Both the position numbers and the translations under genes were made by a program. Under the pieces are notes generated by a model. It searched no databases, was not told the origin of the DNA, and saw only the letters and a list, made by a program, of their open reading frames with translations. Positions 17,874-27,603 of a stretch of 64,000 nucleotides of DNA are shown here, one piece after another. The DNA lies in contig DCDE01000035.1 in assembly GCA_002316275.1 (NCBI GenBank), forward strand, positions 1,661-65,660, in the 5' to 3' direction. Each line of letters starts with the position of its first letter. Position 1 is the first letter of the stretch. The stretch comes from a candidate division WOR-3 bacterium UBA1063. GTDB lineage: Bacteria; Hydrothermota; Hydrothermia; UBA1063.

Positions 17874-20650
17874 ATATAATTCGTACCCAGTTCCCAATAT
17901 ATTCACTCCATCCTACTGGATTTAAGACTCTGAATTTAATCCAGTACTTAGAAAAACAAAATGTAGCGTTTTATTTGAAAAATCAAGAAGACGAGAAGGT
18001 ATTACAAGAAGAAATTTCGTCATTTGCCCAAGGCTTCCAAGCCCACATCTACTCGGAAAAAGTGGAATCGGAGATTACTTCTAATAAAGGGCACCTGATC
18101 ATTGTGAAATCCAGAGAAGAGCTCTCTTACGTTAAAGATTTACTTGAATCCTTAAAATTCCTCAGTATAAAACTCGGACAACAATTGGATCTTACAGCAC
18201 TTATGACTACCTTAATCGAGGAACAATTTGAACGAGTGAGGATTGTGGAAAAGCCGGGGGAATTTGCAATACGTGGAGGAATTGTAGACATCTTCCCAAG
18301 AGGAGAGAAAAAACCTGTAAGGATTGAACTTTCAGGTGACAATGTTGTCTCCATCAGGCTTTTTGATGAAGATACACAACGCTCTTTCAAAGAAATTGGT
18401 GAGATAAACATAATGGGCGTTAAGGGTAAGATGCCATCACAAGAGGTTAAGACTATCGAAGAGATCGAAGGCAATTCGCCCTTTGAAGTCTTACACAACT
18501 TCAACTACCTTGGAAACTTAGAGCTCCTGAAGAGAGAAATGGAGAAGTTGCATGACGAAGGCTACAGGTTATACTTTTTCGCTTACGGTGAAGATAAAGA
18601 TCGATTTTTCAAAGAACTATTTGAATGTAATATTATGCAAGGTAAAATTTACAACGGCTTTATCTTCCCTGCGGAAAGGTTGGCCGTTTTTACGGAATCC
18701 GAGCTCAGAGGCATTAAACATCGAAAATGGGTAAGAAAGGAGCATTACGGGGAAAGAATTGAAGATTACACAGATCTTAAAGTTGGGGATTTTTTAGTCC
18801 ACCTCGATTACGGCATTGGAAAATTTGCTGGACTTGAAAGAATTAAACTCGAAGATACCAAGTATGACACACTAAGGCTGGAATATAGGGATGGCGTCGT
18901 AAATATCCCCGTGTATAACCTGTCAAAGGTTGAAAAGTACGTAGCAGAAGAAAAAGATAAAGTAGAAATTTCTACGCTCGCCTCTCCACACTGGAAGTTG
19001 CGGAGAGCAAAAGCACTTATAGAAACATATAAGTTCGCTATAGAACTCTTAAAAATACACTCTTACAGAAAGAGGGAGAGGGGGTTTATATACAAGCCGG
19101 TACCTGAATTGGAATATAAATTGTATGCAGAATTTCCTTATGACGAGACAGAAGGGCAAATCCGTGTAATGGAAGAAATCTTGAAAGATATGGAATCTAA
19201 TAAAATCATGGATAGATTGGTTGCAGGGGAAGTTGGATTCGGGAAAACAGAGATTGCACTGAGAGCAGCTTTTAGGGCAACCGTTAATTCTTATCAGGTA
19301 GTAATGCTTGTCCCCACAACGCTCCTCGCACTTCAGCACTATACTAACTTTTCAAAAAGATTAAAAAGCTACCCTGTTAAGGTTGCAATGCTTTCAAGAT
19401 TGACTCACGAGGATGAAAAGGATAAGATCCTCAAAGGACTAGAGAACGGATCTATTGATATTGTAATTGGTACTCATGCCTTAATTAGAAGCGAAATAAA
19501 ATTTAAGAACCTTGGGCTTTTAATAATCGACGAGGAGCATAGGTTCGGGGTTGAAGACAAGGAAATAATAAGGAAAAGATTCCCCATAGTTGACACCTTG
19601 AGACTTACTGCAACTCCCATACCTCGGACCCTTCACATGAGCCTCGGAAAAGTATACGATCTATCAATTCTCGACACGCCACCACCGGGCAGGGAGTCTG
19701 TGGAAACATATGTAGGTACTATGGAACCTGCTTTAGTTGAACAGGCAATAAAGTTTGAAATCGATAGAAATGGTAAGGTCTTCTTCGTAAACAACCACAT
19801 CCGGGGGATGAAAGAGATAGTTAAACTTCTAAAAGACTTATTTCCCAATCTAACAATTGGATGTGCGCACGGTAGGATGCCACGTACTCAACTGGAGGAT
19901 ATATACATAAACTTTTATCTTGGAAGTTATGATGTATTGGTTTCTACCCCTATAATCGAGGCAGGAGTTGACTTCCCTGAAGCAAATACAATCATCGTTA
20001 ATAACGCCCACACCTTCGGTTTAGCAGACCTCCACCAGTTGAGAGGTAGAGTGGGAAGGGGAATAAAAAAAGGATACGCATATTTTCTCACTCCTCCAGG
20101 GATATCCGAAGAGGCAAAAAGGAGACTTGCGGTAATTGAGAAATATTCCGAATTGGGTTCTGGATTCAAGATAGCAATGAAAGATCTGGAGCTGAGAGGG
20201 GCAGGAGAGATTCTCGGCAAAAAACAACACGGCTTTGCCAGGATCATCGGCCTTGAGATGTTTTTTACTCTCTTGGAGGATGCAATTTTAGAGCTCGAGG
20301 GCAAAGAAAAATTTCAAGAAAAGGAAGTTAAGGTAAAAACCGAGGCATACATTCCTTACTATTATATTGAGGATGAAGATATACGTCTTTCTTTTTACAA
20401 GAAGCTTGCAGATACCAGAACTATTGAACAACTGGAAAGGCTACGGAACGAACTCAAGGATAGATTTGGGCCGATACCAAATGAGTTGGAAGAACTCTTC
20501 TTTGTCCAAAAGGTTAAGATTCTCATCTCAAAGAACAACAACATTAAATCGGTCACGGTATCTAACCGTGAGATACTCTTAGAGACTCAGAGTGGAATCA
20601 AAAAACTCAAGAGGGGTATCGATATTGAATTACTGAGTAACTGGGCTTAA
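17870..20650 (+). CDS. mfd: transcription-repair coupling factor Mfd (N-terminally short variant)
   Basis: SF2 helicase motifs (GEVGFGKTEIALRAAF, DEEHRFG, LTATPIPRT, QLRGRVGRG). TRCF C-terminal region. Only ~450 aa precede Walker A, so the UvrB-homology module is abbreviated. Confidence 0.8.
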   Translation: MNIIRTQFPIYSLHPTGFKTLNLIQYLEKQNVAFYLKNQEDEKVLQEEISSFAQGFQAHIYSEKVESEITSNKGHLIIVKSREELSYVKDLLESLKFLSIKLGQQLDLTALMTTLIEEQFERVRIVEKPGEFAIRGGIVDIFPRGEKKPVRIELSGDNVVSIRLFDEDTQRSFKEIGEINIMGVKGKMPSQEVKTIEEIEGNSPFEVLHNFNYLGNLELLKREMEKLHDEGYRLYFFAYGEDKDRFFKELFECNIMQGKIYNGFIFPAERLAVFTESELRGIKHRKWVRKEHYGERIEDYTDLKVGDFLVHLDYGIGKFAGLERIKLEDTKYDTLRLEYRDGVVNIPVYNLSKVEKYVAEEKDKVEISTLASPHWKLRRAKALIETYKFAIELLKIHSYRKRERGFIYKPVPELEYKLYAEFPYDETEGQIRVMEEILKDMESNKIMDRLVAGEVGFGKTEIALRAAFRATVNSYQVVMLVPTTLLALQHYTNFSKRLKSYPVKVAMLSRLTHEDEKDKILKGLENGSIDIVIGTHALIRSEIKFKNLGLLIIDEEHRFGVEDKEIIRKRFPIVDTLRLTATPIPRTLHMSLGKVYDLSILDTPPPGRESVETYVGTMEPALVEQAIKFEIDRNGKVFFVNNHIRGMKEIVKLLKDLFPNLTIGCAHGRMPRTQLEDIYINFYLGSYDVLVSTPIIEAGVDFPEANTIIVNNAHTFGLADLHQLRGRVGRGIKKGYAYFLTPPGISEEAKRRLAVIEKYSELGSGFKIAMKDLELRGAGEILGKKQHGFARIIGLEMFFTLLEDAILELEGKEKFQEKEVKVKTEAYIPYYYIEDEDIRLSFYKKLADTRTIEQLERLRNELKDRFGPIPNELEELFFVQKVKILISKNNNIKSVTVSNREILLETQSGIKKLKRGIDIELLSNWA

Positions 20651-20667
20651 ACTTTCTACAAACGGAG

Positions 20668-21483
20668 GTGGATGCCTTTATGGAACTAAGAAAAACATCA
20701 TTGGTGATGCTTTTAGGAGTAACGCTCTTTTCCAGCTGTAAGAAAGAAAAGGGGGATGTAATAGCCAGGATAGATGGAACAGAAATTACGAGTCAAGAAA
20801 TTGAACTTCAGATCCCAGAGGGATTTAAGGGTGACCCAAATGTCCGGAACGAAGTTTTCAAACAATATCTTGAAGAGGTATTGCTTTACAAGGCTGCGTT
20901 GGATGAAGGTATTCTGAAAAATGAGGATCTACAAGCCCATTTAAAGGTTACAGAGGTAAAAGTAGTGAGTCAGTATTTCATAAATGAGAAATTTGGCAAT
21001 ATTGAGATCCCTGAACAGCTATTAAATGAAGAATTTGCGAATTCAAAGCCCTACTTTGAAAAGAAAATAGACCTCGTAATCCTCTATTACATAGACAGCA
21101 CAAAGACCCCTTATTACAGGACACTGCTAATGCAGCCCTATGCTGCAATTGTTTCGGAGATTAACAAGCTGGATCCTCGGGAAGTACAATTGGCACCACT
21201 AAGCGAAAATTTAGGAGTAGTTTATTACTCATATGGAAAGGAACTATTTGATGTAATTAGCAATTTGAAGATCGGAGAAATATCGAATCCAGTTTCCCTA
21301 CCTTCTTCCGGATACTATGCTTTAATAAAGGTACTCAACATTTCAAAAGAGGAGGTCGGAGAAGAGGAAGTAGTAGATTTTCTGAGAAGAGTCCTTATTG
21401 CAACACGCCAGAATAACATACGGGATTCCATTATATCTTCACTCCAAGCTAAATATAAAGTTTCGGAGGTTACTGGCAAATGA
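20668..21483 (+). CDS. SurA-N-domain-like periplasmic chaperone lipoprotein
   Basis: Lipobox LLGVTLFSSC. Helical SurA_N-like region. Stop overlaps the start of the next PpiC gene (ATGA). Confidence 0.45.
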   Translation: MDAFMELRKTSLVMLLGVTLFSSCKKEKGDVIARIDGTEITSQEIELQIPEGFKGDPNVRNEVFKQYLEEVLLYKAALDEGILKNEDLQAHLKVTEVKVVSQYFINEKFGNIEIPEQLLNEEFANSKPYFEKKIDLVILYYIDSTKTPYYRTLLMQPYAAIVSEINKLDPREVQLAPLSENLGVVYYSYGKELFDVISNLKIGEISNPVSLPSSGYYALIKVLNISKEEVGEEEVVDFLRRVLIATRQNNIRDSIISSLQAKYKVSEVTGK

Positions 21484-22745
21484 AGAAGTACCTTATACCT
21501 TTACTTATTTTCGTTACATTCCTTCACTCTCAGCAAGTTTTTGAGGATAAGGTTATTGCAAGAGTTGGAAATGAAGTAGTAACCCTATCCGAAGTGAACG
21601 AAGTATATGAAACCTATAAGGCTTTTTACCCGACTGCCAGTGAGAAAGAACTCAAAAATGCAATACTTCAGGAGTTGGTTAACAATAAACTCATTTTACA
21701 CGCAGCGAAAGAAGATACTGCAATTGCACAGCCCTCTGCAGAAGAAATAAATCAGGCACTTGAGGAAAGGATAAGATATCTCGAGCAGCAGTATGGAACC
21801 GAAAATTTTGAAAATCTACTTAAAAATCAGGGATTAACCAGAGATGCTCTAAAGGAAATCTATAGAGGTACTATCAGTGATGAAATCTTGGTTCAGAGAT
21901 ACATCGAACGTTACGTCAGACCGAAGATTCAAGTTACCCCACAGGAAATACGTAACTTCTACGATTCGTACAAGGATTCCCTTAAAGAACCTGATATGTT
22001 CAGGATCTCTCACATATTTATTAAAGCAAATGTGGACTCTGCTCAGGAAGCCTCTGCTCTAAAGAAAGCTCAAAACTTTTACAATCAGATAAAGAAAGGC
22101 GCTTCCTTTGAGGACATTGCGAATAGATACTCTGATGATAGAGAGTCTGCATCGTATGGAGGGTCTCTTGGAGCAATTGCGAGAAATTTCTTCCCACAGG
22201 AAATTCAGGAGAAGTTGGACAAACTAAATCCGGGAGAGATCTCAGAACCTATCAGGGGTGACTTCGGCTATCATATTTTCAAACTCGTGAACAAAGGTGA
22301 TAACTATTATGAATTAAAGCATATTCTTGTCAAGGTTGAACCCAAGGCTGAGGAATGGAACAGAGCATACCAGCTGGCACTTTCCATAAAAAATAAAATT
22401 GAAGTTCAAAAACAAAATTTCGAAGAGCTCGCTAAAACATACTCCGATGACGAGAGCACAAAAGAGTTAGGCGGAGATATGGGATGGATTCCCGTAAACA
22501 ATTTACCTGAAGAATTCCAAGGGAAGATTTCAGCATTAAAAACGGGCGAAATTACCATAATTAAAGACCAACTTGGCTACCATATAGTCAAGGTTACTGA
22601 CAAAAAAACCGGCCGAACTCCAGAATTTTCAGAAATACAAAATAACATAAAACAGCACATCGAAAATCAAAAAATACAGGAAGAGATCTCAAAATTGCTC
22701 GCACAATTAAGGCAGGAAATATTCGTAGAAATTAAAGAATTTTGA
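21480..22745 (+). CDS. SurA/PpiC-type peptidyl-prolyl cis-trans isomerase (two parvulin domains)
   Basis: Signal peptide. Two parvulin signatures (ISHIFIK...SASYGGSLG and LKHILVK...ELGGDMGWI). Confidence 0.7.
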   Translation: MKKYLIPLLIFVTFLHSQQVFEDKVIARVGNEVVTLSEVNEVYETYKAFYPTASEKELKNAILQELVNNKLILHAAKEDTAIAQPSAEEINQALEERIRYLEQQYGTENFENLLKNQGLTRDALKEIYRGTISDEILVQRYIERYVRPKIQVTPQEIRNFYDSYKDSLKEPDMFRISHIFIKANVDSAQEASALKKAQNFYNQIKKGASFEDIANRYSDDRESASYGGSLGAIARNFFPQEIQEKLDKLNPGEISEPIRGDFGYHIFKLVNKGDNYYELKHILVKVEPKAEEWNRAYQLALSIKNKIEVQKQNFEELAKTYSDDESTKELGGDMGWIPVNNLPEEFQGKISALKTGEITIIKDQLGYHIVKVTDKKTGRTPEFSEIQNNIKQHIENQKIQEEISKLLAQLRQEIFVEIKEF

Positions 22746-23035
22746 GAATAGACATTTTCCTTAAAAAGACAGGTATAAGTGCTTCAAGAACAAGAACAAA
22801 GAATATAAATATCACGGTAAATGGTCAAAGGAAGAAACCTTCATATGAAGTTCGAGTATACGATATCATTGAGATTACCGACGGTGCGGGGAATCATATG
22901 CAGTTGGAGGTGCTTGGAATCCCTTCTTCCTCCATCTCCAAAGATGAACGAGAAAAATATATCAAAGTTTTGAAAAAGGGAAAAGTTCCAGTTTCAAACG
23001 AGAATTTTCTAAAATGGCTATTCGAAAATTATTGA
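22742..23035 (+). CDS. S4-domain RNA-binding protein (Hsp15/RqcP-like)
   Basis: N-terminal MRIDIFLKKTGISASRTRTK matches the S4 alpha-L motif. Confidence 0.5.
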   Translation: MRIDIFLKKTGISASRTRTKNINITVNGQRKKPSYEVRVYDIIEITDGAGNHMQLEVLGIPSSSISKDEREKYIKVLKKGKVPVSNENFLKWLFENY

Positions 23036-24318
23036 TCTTATCAACCCTCCTATTTAGTTCCTGCGCTTACTTCAACACAGTTTACAATGCAAAACTCTAT
23101 TTTAAAGAAGCAGAAAAGATCTACAGAGAGCAGGGTCAGAACACAAGGGAGTCGTCAACAAATTACAACAAGACAATTGAAAAGAGTTCCAAGGTTTTCG
23201 AGTTTTACCCAGAATCAGACTACATTGACGATGCACTCTACCTTACTGCAGTTTCATATAAGAGACTTGGCGATTATACAAAGGCAAAAATTAAATTTGA
23301 AGAACTATTCAATTACTTCCCCGATTCCCCATATGCGAAGCAAGCTTTAATTGAATACATCGATCTCCTTGTGAACTTGAACTACCTAAACGAAGCCAAT
23401 ATGGAGATAAGGAAGCATCCAGAAATTAAAAATGACCCGGAATTCATATTAATAAATACTAAACTTTTATTTACACAAAAAGAATATGAAAGCTTAATAA
23501 ACTTGGTCGAAAGGGAATGGAACAAAGTTTTAAAAAATCCTATGAAGAAGATTATTTTCCAACTCGCTCTGGAGTCCGCAATTAGAACTAAAAACTGGGA
23601 AAAGGCTCAAAAGTTTTTGGAGCAAATTGAAAAGATTGCAATAACTGATAATGAAAGAATCTACCTCATCGTTACCAGGGCCGATATGCTTGCTAACCAG
23701 GGGAAATTTGATGAGGCGCAAAAGATTCTCGATCAAGCAGGTTTTCAAGATGACTCACCACAATATAGGATATTGCAATATGAAAAGGCAAGGTTGTATT
23801 CACAGGGTGGCAATTATGAACCAGCGATTAGTACTATAGAAAAAATCTTGGAAAAACCGCAAAGGGATTCTGTTTACACAAAAACACTGTTCTTAAAAGG
23901 AAAAATCATGGAAACATTAGACAGCCTTGAGCAGGCAATTGCAATTTATGAGAATCTTAGAAACTCCCCTCTCTCTAAAAATCTTAGAGATGAAATTGAA
24001 ATGAGGTACAATTCCTTGATAGCAATCTCTTCAGAAGAAAATAGTGATCAGAGTAAGCTAAGAAAGGCAGAATTGTACCTCCTTGACCTTGGGAATGTCG
24101 AAAAAGCTTTAGAATTATATCAGGAGCTCATTGCTACATCAAAAGATAATGAAGTAAAAGCAAAAGCGATGTATGCTGCTATGATAGTCTACAGAAATTA
24201 TTTAAATGACGAACAAAAAGCATCAGAACTCGCTAGGCGTATCACAAGCGAATTCCCCAATTCCTATCAGGCTTCGAAAGTACACGAACTTAATATATTG
24301 AATGTGACAGAAAATTAA
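23014..24318 (+). CDS. TPR-repeat lipoprotein
   Basis: Lipobox LLFSSC. Multiple 34-aa TPR-like helical repeats (ALYLTAVSYKRLGDYTKA...). Confidence 0.55.
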   Translation: MAIRKLLILSTLLFSSCAYFNTVYNAKLYFKEAEKIYREQGQNTRESSTNYNKTIEKSSKVFEFYPESDYIDDALYLTAVSYKRLGDYTKAKIKFEELFNYFPDSPYAKQALIEYIDLLVNLNYLNEANMEIRKHPEIKNDPEFILINTKLLFTQKEYESLINLVEREWNKVLKNPMKKIIFQLALESAIRTKNWEKAQKFLEQIEKIAITDNERIYLIVTRADMLANQGKFDEAQKILDQAGFQDDSPQYRILQYEKARLYSQGGNYEPAISTIEKILEKPQRDSVYTKTLFLKGKIMETLDSLEQAIAIYENLRNSPLSKNLRDEIEMRYNSLIAISSEENSDQSKLRKAELYLLDLGNVEKALELYQELIATSKDNEVKAKAMYAAMIVYRNYLNDEQKASELARRITSEFPNSYQASKVHELNILNVTEN

Positions 24319-24335
24319 CTTATAATTCAAACATT

Positions 24336-25592
24336 ATGGGCTTAATAAGATCAAAAGAAGACATTGTCTTATCTTATAGATGGGAAAATTCGACAATTGC
24401 ACAGAATTTACCCTTTAACGAGCAAAAATTTTTGCTAATAAAAATGCGCCCTATAAATATACCGCCGCAGCCGAGAGTGAATCTAATATTAGTGCTCGAT
24501 AAAAGCTCCTCGATGGAAGGTGAACCACTTGAGAACCTTAAAAAGGCAGTTAAAGAGATCGTACAAATCCTGGATGAGGAAGATAGAATTAGCATAGTGC
24601 TTTTTGACTCTGAAGCGAGGACTATCGTTTCGAATTCACCCACCTCTCAGAGAAAAGAAATAGTAAGCAGAATTGAAGACATCTTTCCCCTTGGTGGCAC
24701 CTGCATTGATGAGGGAATTGCAACAGGAATTGAAGAATCAGAAAAACTACAATCCGAAAGTATAATAAAGTGGATGATTCTACTCACCGATGGAAAGAAT
24801 GAGCACGGCAATAATGATAGATGCCTCGATCTTGCAAGAATAGCAAAGAGAAACGGCTTAAGTATCACTACATTGGGCCTTGGGAGGAAGTGGGACCCGA
24901 GATTACTTGAACAGATCGCTGATATTTCCGGAGGCAAGATGTACTATGTTGAAAATCCTAAAGAATTAAAAGACCGATTTATTAGTGAGTTCCGAAGCAT
25001 TAAAAATATTGCTTATAAGGACCTGTCACTTAAAGTAAAACTTGAGAAGTTTGCGCGCTTATCGGATATTTCACCAGCTTTTATTATCACTCCACAAATT
25101 AAGAAAATTGAGCCTCTTTGGGATGGTGAACAATGGATCATAGAAGGGGGAAATCTTGAACGAGAAAAAGAGAAGCTCATCCTACTCCAGATGTTCATCT
25201 CCGCACCCGAATCAAGCTACATAAATAAAGTCTTGGAGTACATAATAGAGTATAGAACAATCTTTGGCGAGAAACTCGAAAGCAGCGCCCATAACGTAGT
25301 ATTAGAGGTTACCGAAAGTTATGTTTCTCAGTTTGATGAAGAAGTTAGAGATGCACTTCAGAAAGTAAGCCTATACGTACAACAAGAATTAGCAGAAAAA
25401 CTCATAGACGAGGGAAAGCCCCTCGAAGCCCTTACAGTTCTTCAAACAATGGTACAAACTGCCATTAAATTCGAAGACGGAGATCTAAAAAATCTTATTG
25501 AAGAAAATATACAGAAAGTGAAAGCCGACGGCACATTACCGGATGAATTAAGAATCAAGACAAAGTACGAAACCAAGATGGTTGACGAATGA
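24336..25592 (+). CDS. cytoplasmic von Willebrand factor A (vWA) domain protein with intact MIDAS, plus an uncharacterised C-terminal ~200-aa domain
   Basis: DxSxS (VLDKSSSMEG), T (PLGGTCID) and D (LLTDGKNEHG) MIDAS residues. No signal peptide or TM. Confidence 0.75.
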   Translation: MGLIRSKEDIVLSYRWENSTIAQNLPFNEQKFLLIKMRPINIPPQPRVNLILVLDKSSSMEGEPLENLKKAVKEIVQILDEEDRISIVLFDSEARTIVSNSPTSQRKEIVSRIEDIFPLGGTCIDEGIATGIEESEKLQSESIIKWMILLTDGKNEHGNNDRCLDLARIAKRNGLSITTLGLGRKWDPRLLEQIADISGGKMYYVENPKELKDRFISEFRSIKNIAYKDLSLKVKLEKFARLSDISPAFIITPQIKKIEPLWDGEQWIIEGGNLEREKEKLILLQMFISAPESSYINKVLEYIIEYRTIFGEKLESSAHNVVLEVTESYVSQFDEEVRDALQKVSLYVQQELAEKLIDEGKPLEALTVLQTMVQTAIKFEDGDLKNLIEENIQKVKADGTLPDELRIKTKYETKMVDE

Positions 25593-26125
25593 AGTGTCCG
25601 ATCTGTGGCCTGCAAAATGCAGAAGGTGTTAAATTTTGTGAAAGATGCCTTTCAGCCCTTGATATTTTTATGGTTAACCCAGAAGAGGAAGGCATTTACT
25701 GCAACCAAGGACATTGGAATCCCATAGGTGCCAAATTTTGCTCCATTTGCGGCGAACCCATAAAAATAGAACCCATACTCCTTAGCCCCTATGTACTTGT
25801 CGAAAAAGACAGCGGCAAGATTATCAGCTTGCCTTTAAATGAAGAAGAAATCACAAAAGTGATTGTCGGTCGGAAAAGTACCGAATTTAAGCCCGACGTA
25901 GACCTTTCAGAGCTCACTCTCTCAGCTACCGTCTCCAGGAGACATGCGATGCTTATAATAGACCCAGAAAGTAAATCTATTTCGATCCAGGATTTGGGGA
26001 GTACTAACGGCACCTATTTAAATGGAGAAAGATTAGAGCCTAACAAAATCTATAAAGTAAACCCAGGGGACGTAATCAGCTTTAGCAAGAAACTACACCT
26101 AACATTTGAGGTTAAAAAACAATGA
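25589..26125 (+). CDS. double zinc-ribbon + FHA domain protein
   Basis: Zinc ribbons CPICG...CERC and CNQG...CSICG. FHA core VIVGRKS...SRRHAMLI...IQDLGSTNGTYLNGERL. 4-nt overlap with the vWA gene. Confidence 0.8.
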   Translation: MKCPICGLQNAEGVKFCERCLSALDIFMVNPEEEGIYCNQGHWNPIGAKFCSICGEPIKIEPILLSPYVLVEKDSGKIISLPLNEEEITKVIVGRKSTEFKPDVDLSELTLSATVSRRHAMLIIDPESKSISIQDLGSTNGTYLNGERLEPNKIYKVNPGDVISFSKKLHLTFEVKKQ

Positions 26126-27600
26126 GACTTGTGAGATGTCCACGATGTAATACATTTAACTCCCCCAATGTTCACGAATGCGCTACCTGTGGTTTTGATC
26201 TCAATTATTGTTTCTGTTCAAAATGTGGGACCAAAATAAAAATAGGCACTGAAAAGTGCCCTAATTGCGGTTCAGACAATGAGAAGCTCCTCTTTGCACC
26301 ATTTCCTGTAAAGAAAATCGTGGATCCAAAGTACCTTATCAAGTCCATAGAAGTCCATGGCACGATTCTTAAGGAGGTAAACCCTAATTTGATAAAGATT
26401 CAGACAGATTCAGCCATTCTCGAGTTTTATAATTCCAGCGGGAATTTGTATGATAGTATCGAAGTTGGAAAAAATTCATTCCTCCCTTTGATAGAGAAGC
26501 CAACAGAACTTAGAAAAATTTCACAAATCTGGCAAGAGCTCGGGGATGAGGCAAGAATCACATTTATTAAGTCATTAATAGAGAGAATCTCCGGTTTTAA
26601 CCTCTATTTCCCTGAACGACTGGAAGATATCGTTTTTGACGAAAGGTATAGGCCTTGCTTCCCAGTACTTGAGCACAAAGAGAAAGGGTATATTGACTCA
26701 AAAGATTTCCTATGTAACATCCTTCGCATCCTTAAAGGGTATGAAGGCTCTCTATGGGAAAATGAAAAAAACGAAATTATTAGAAAAAAATGTGAAGCTT
26801 ACATTTTCATCAATTGGCTTGACGAAATAAAACAAAAAATACACATGAATTCTGTAAGCTATGCAGGAATCAGTGATAAAGGCCCTACACGGACAAAGAA
26901 TGAAGATGCTATTTTAATGATTGAATCGTCTTACAAAACTTATGCTGCTGAGAATTTAGATGCAAAAAAACAATATCTTTTCGTACTTTCGGATGGCCTT
27001 GGTGGACACGAGAGAGGCGAGGTAGCCGCAGAGCTAATTGTCGATGGTATAAGTAAAGAATTCTACAAGCATCTGTTACCTAAAAGTAACATAGAATTAG
27101 AAGATATAGTGGAATCCATTGGGGTTGTGAACAATTATGTATATTCAAAGAACACACAAACTGAGATGACTATGCAACGAATGGGCGGTACCATCTCTGG
27201 ACTCTTAATCGATAGAGACCGATTCATGGTATTCAATGTGGGAGACTCGCCAATTTTTCTTCTCAACGACGAGGACATCACAGAACTTTCCATCCGTGAT
27301 ACCTCTACCAAGAAAAACAAAGCCATTACTCAAGCAATAGGTATAAGGCCTTTCGACGAGATCGAAGTGCATATTAATGAATTGCAAATACCATGGGAAA
27401 AATTCAAAGTACTAATCTGCTCTGATGGTTTAACTGATGTCGTGACTCCTGTTAAAATAGCCAGTATAATTAAAAGCTGTAAGAAAAACCTACGTGAAGC
27501 TTGCTTAAAGCTTTTAGAAGAAGCGCACGAAAAGAAAAGTAGTGATAACGTAAGTGTGATTGTAGTAAATGTAGAGAAAGAAATCGTAATAGGAAGGTAA
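26122..27600 (+). CDS. double zinc-ribbon + PP2C-family Ser/Thr phosphatase
   Basis: Zinc ribbons CPRC...CATCG and CSKCG...CPNCG. PP2C motifs TRTKNEDA, FVLSDGLGGHERGEVAAE, CSDGLTDVV. 4-nt overlap with the FHA gene. Confidence 0.8.
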   Translation: MRLVRCPRCNTFNSPNVHECATCGFDLNYCFCSKCGTKIKIGTEKCPNCGSDNEKLLFAPFPVKKIVDPKYLIKSIEVHGTILKEVNPNLIKIQTDSAILEFYNSSGNLYDSIEVGKNSFLPLIEKPTELRKISQIWQELGDEARITFIKSLIERISGFNLYFPERLEDIVFDERYRPCFPVLEHKEKGYIDSKDFLCNILRILKGYEGSLWENEKNEIIRKKCEAYIFINWLDEIKQKIHMNSVSYAGISDKGPTRTKNEDAILMIESSYKTYAAENLDAKKQYLFVLSDGLGGHERGEVAAELIVDGISKEFYKHLLPKSNIELEDIVESIGVVNNYVYSKNTQTEMTMQRMGGTISGLLIDRDRFMVFNVGDSPIFLLNDEDITELSIRDTSTKKNKAITQAIGIRPFDEIEVHINELQIPWEKFKVLICSDGLTDVVTPVKIASIIKSCKKNLREACLKLLEEAHEKKSSDNVSVIVVNVEKEIVIGR

Positions 27601-27603
27601 CAT

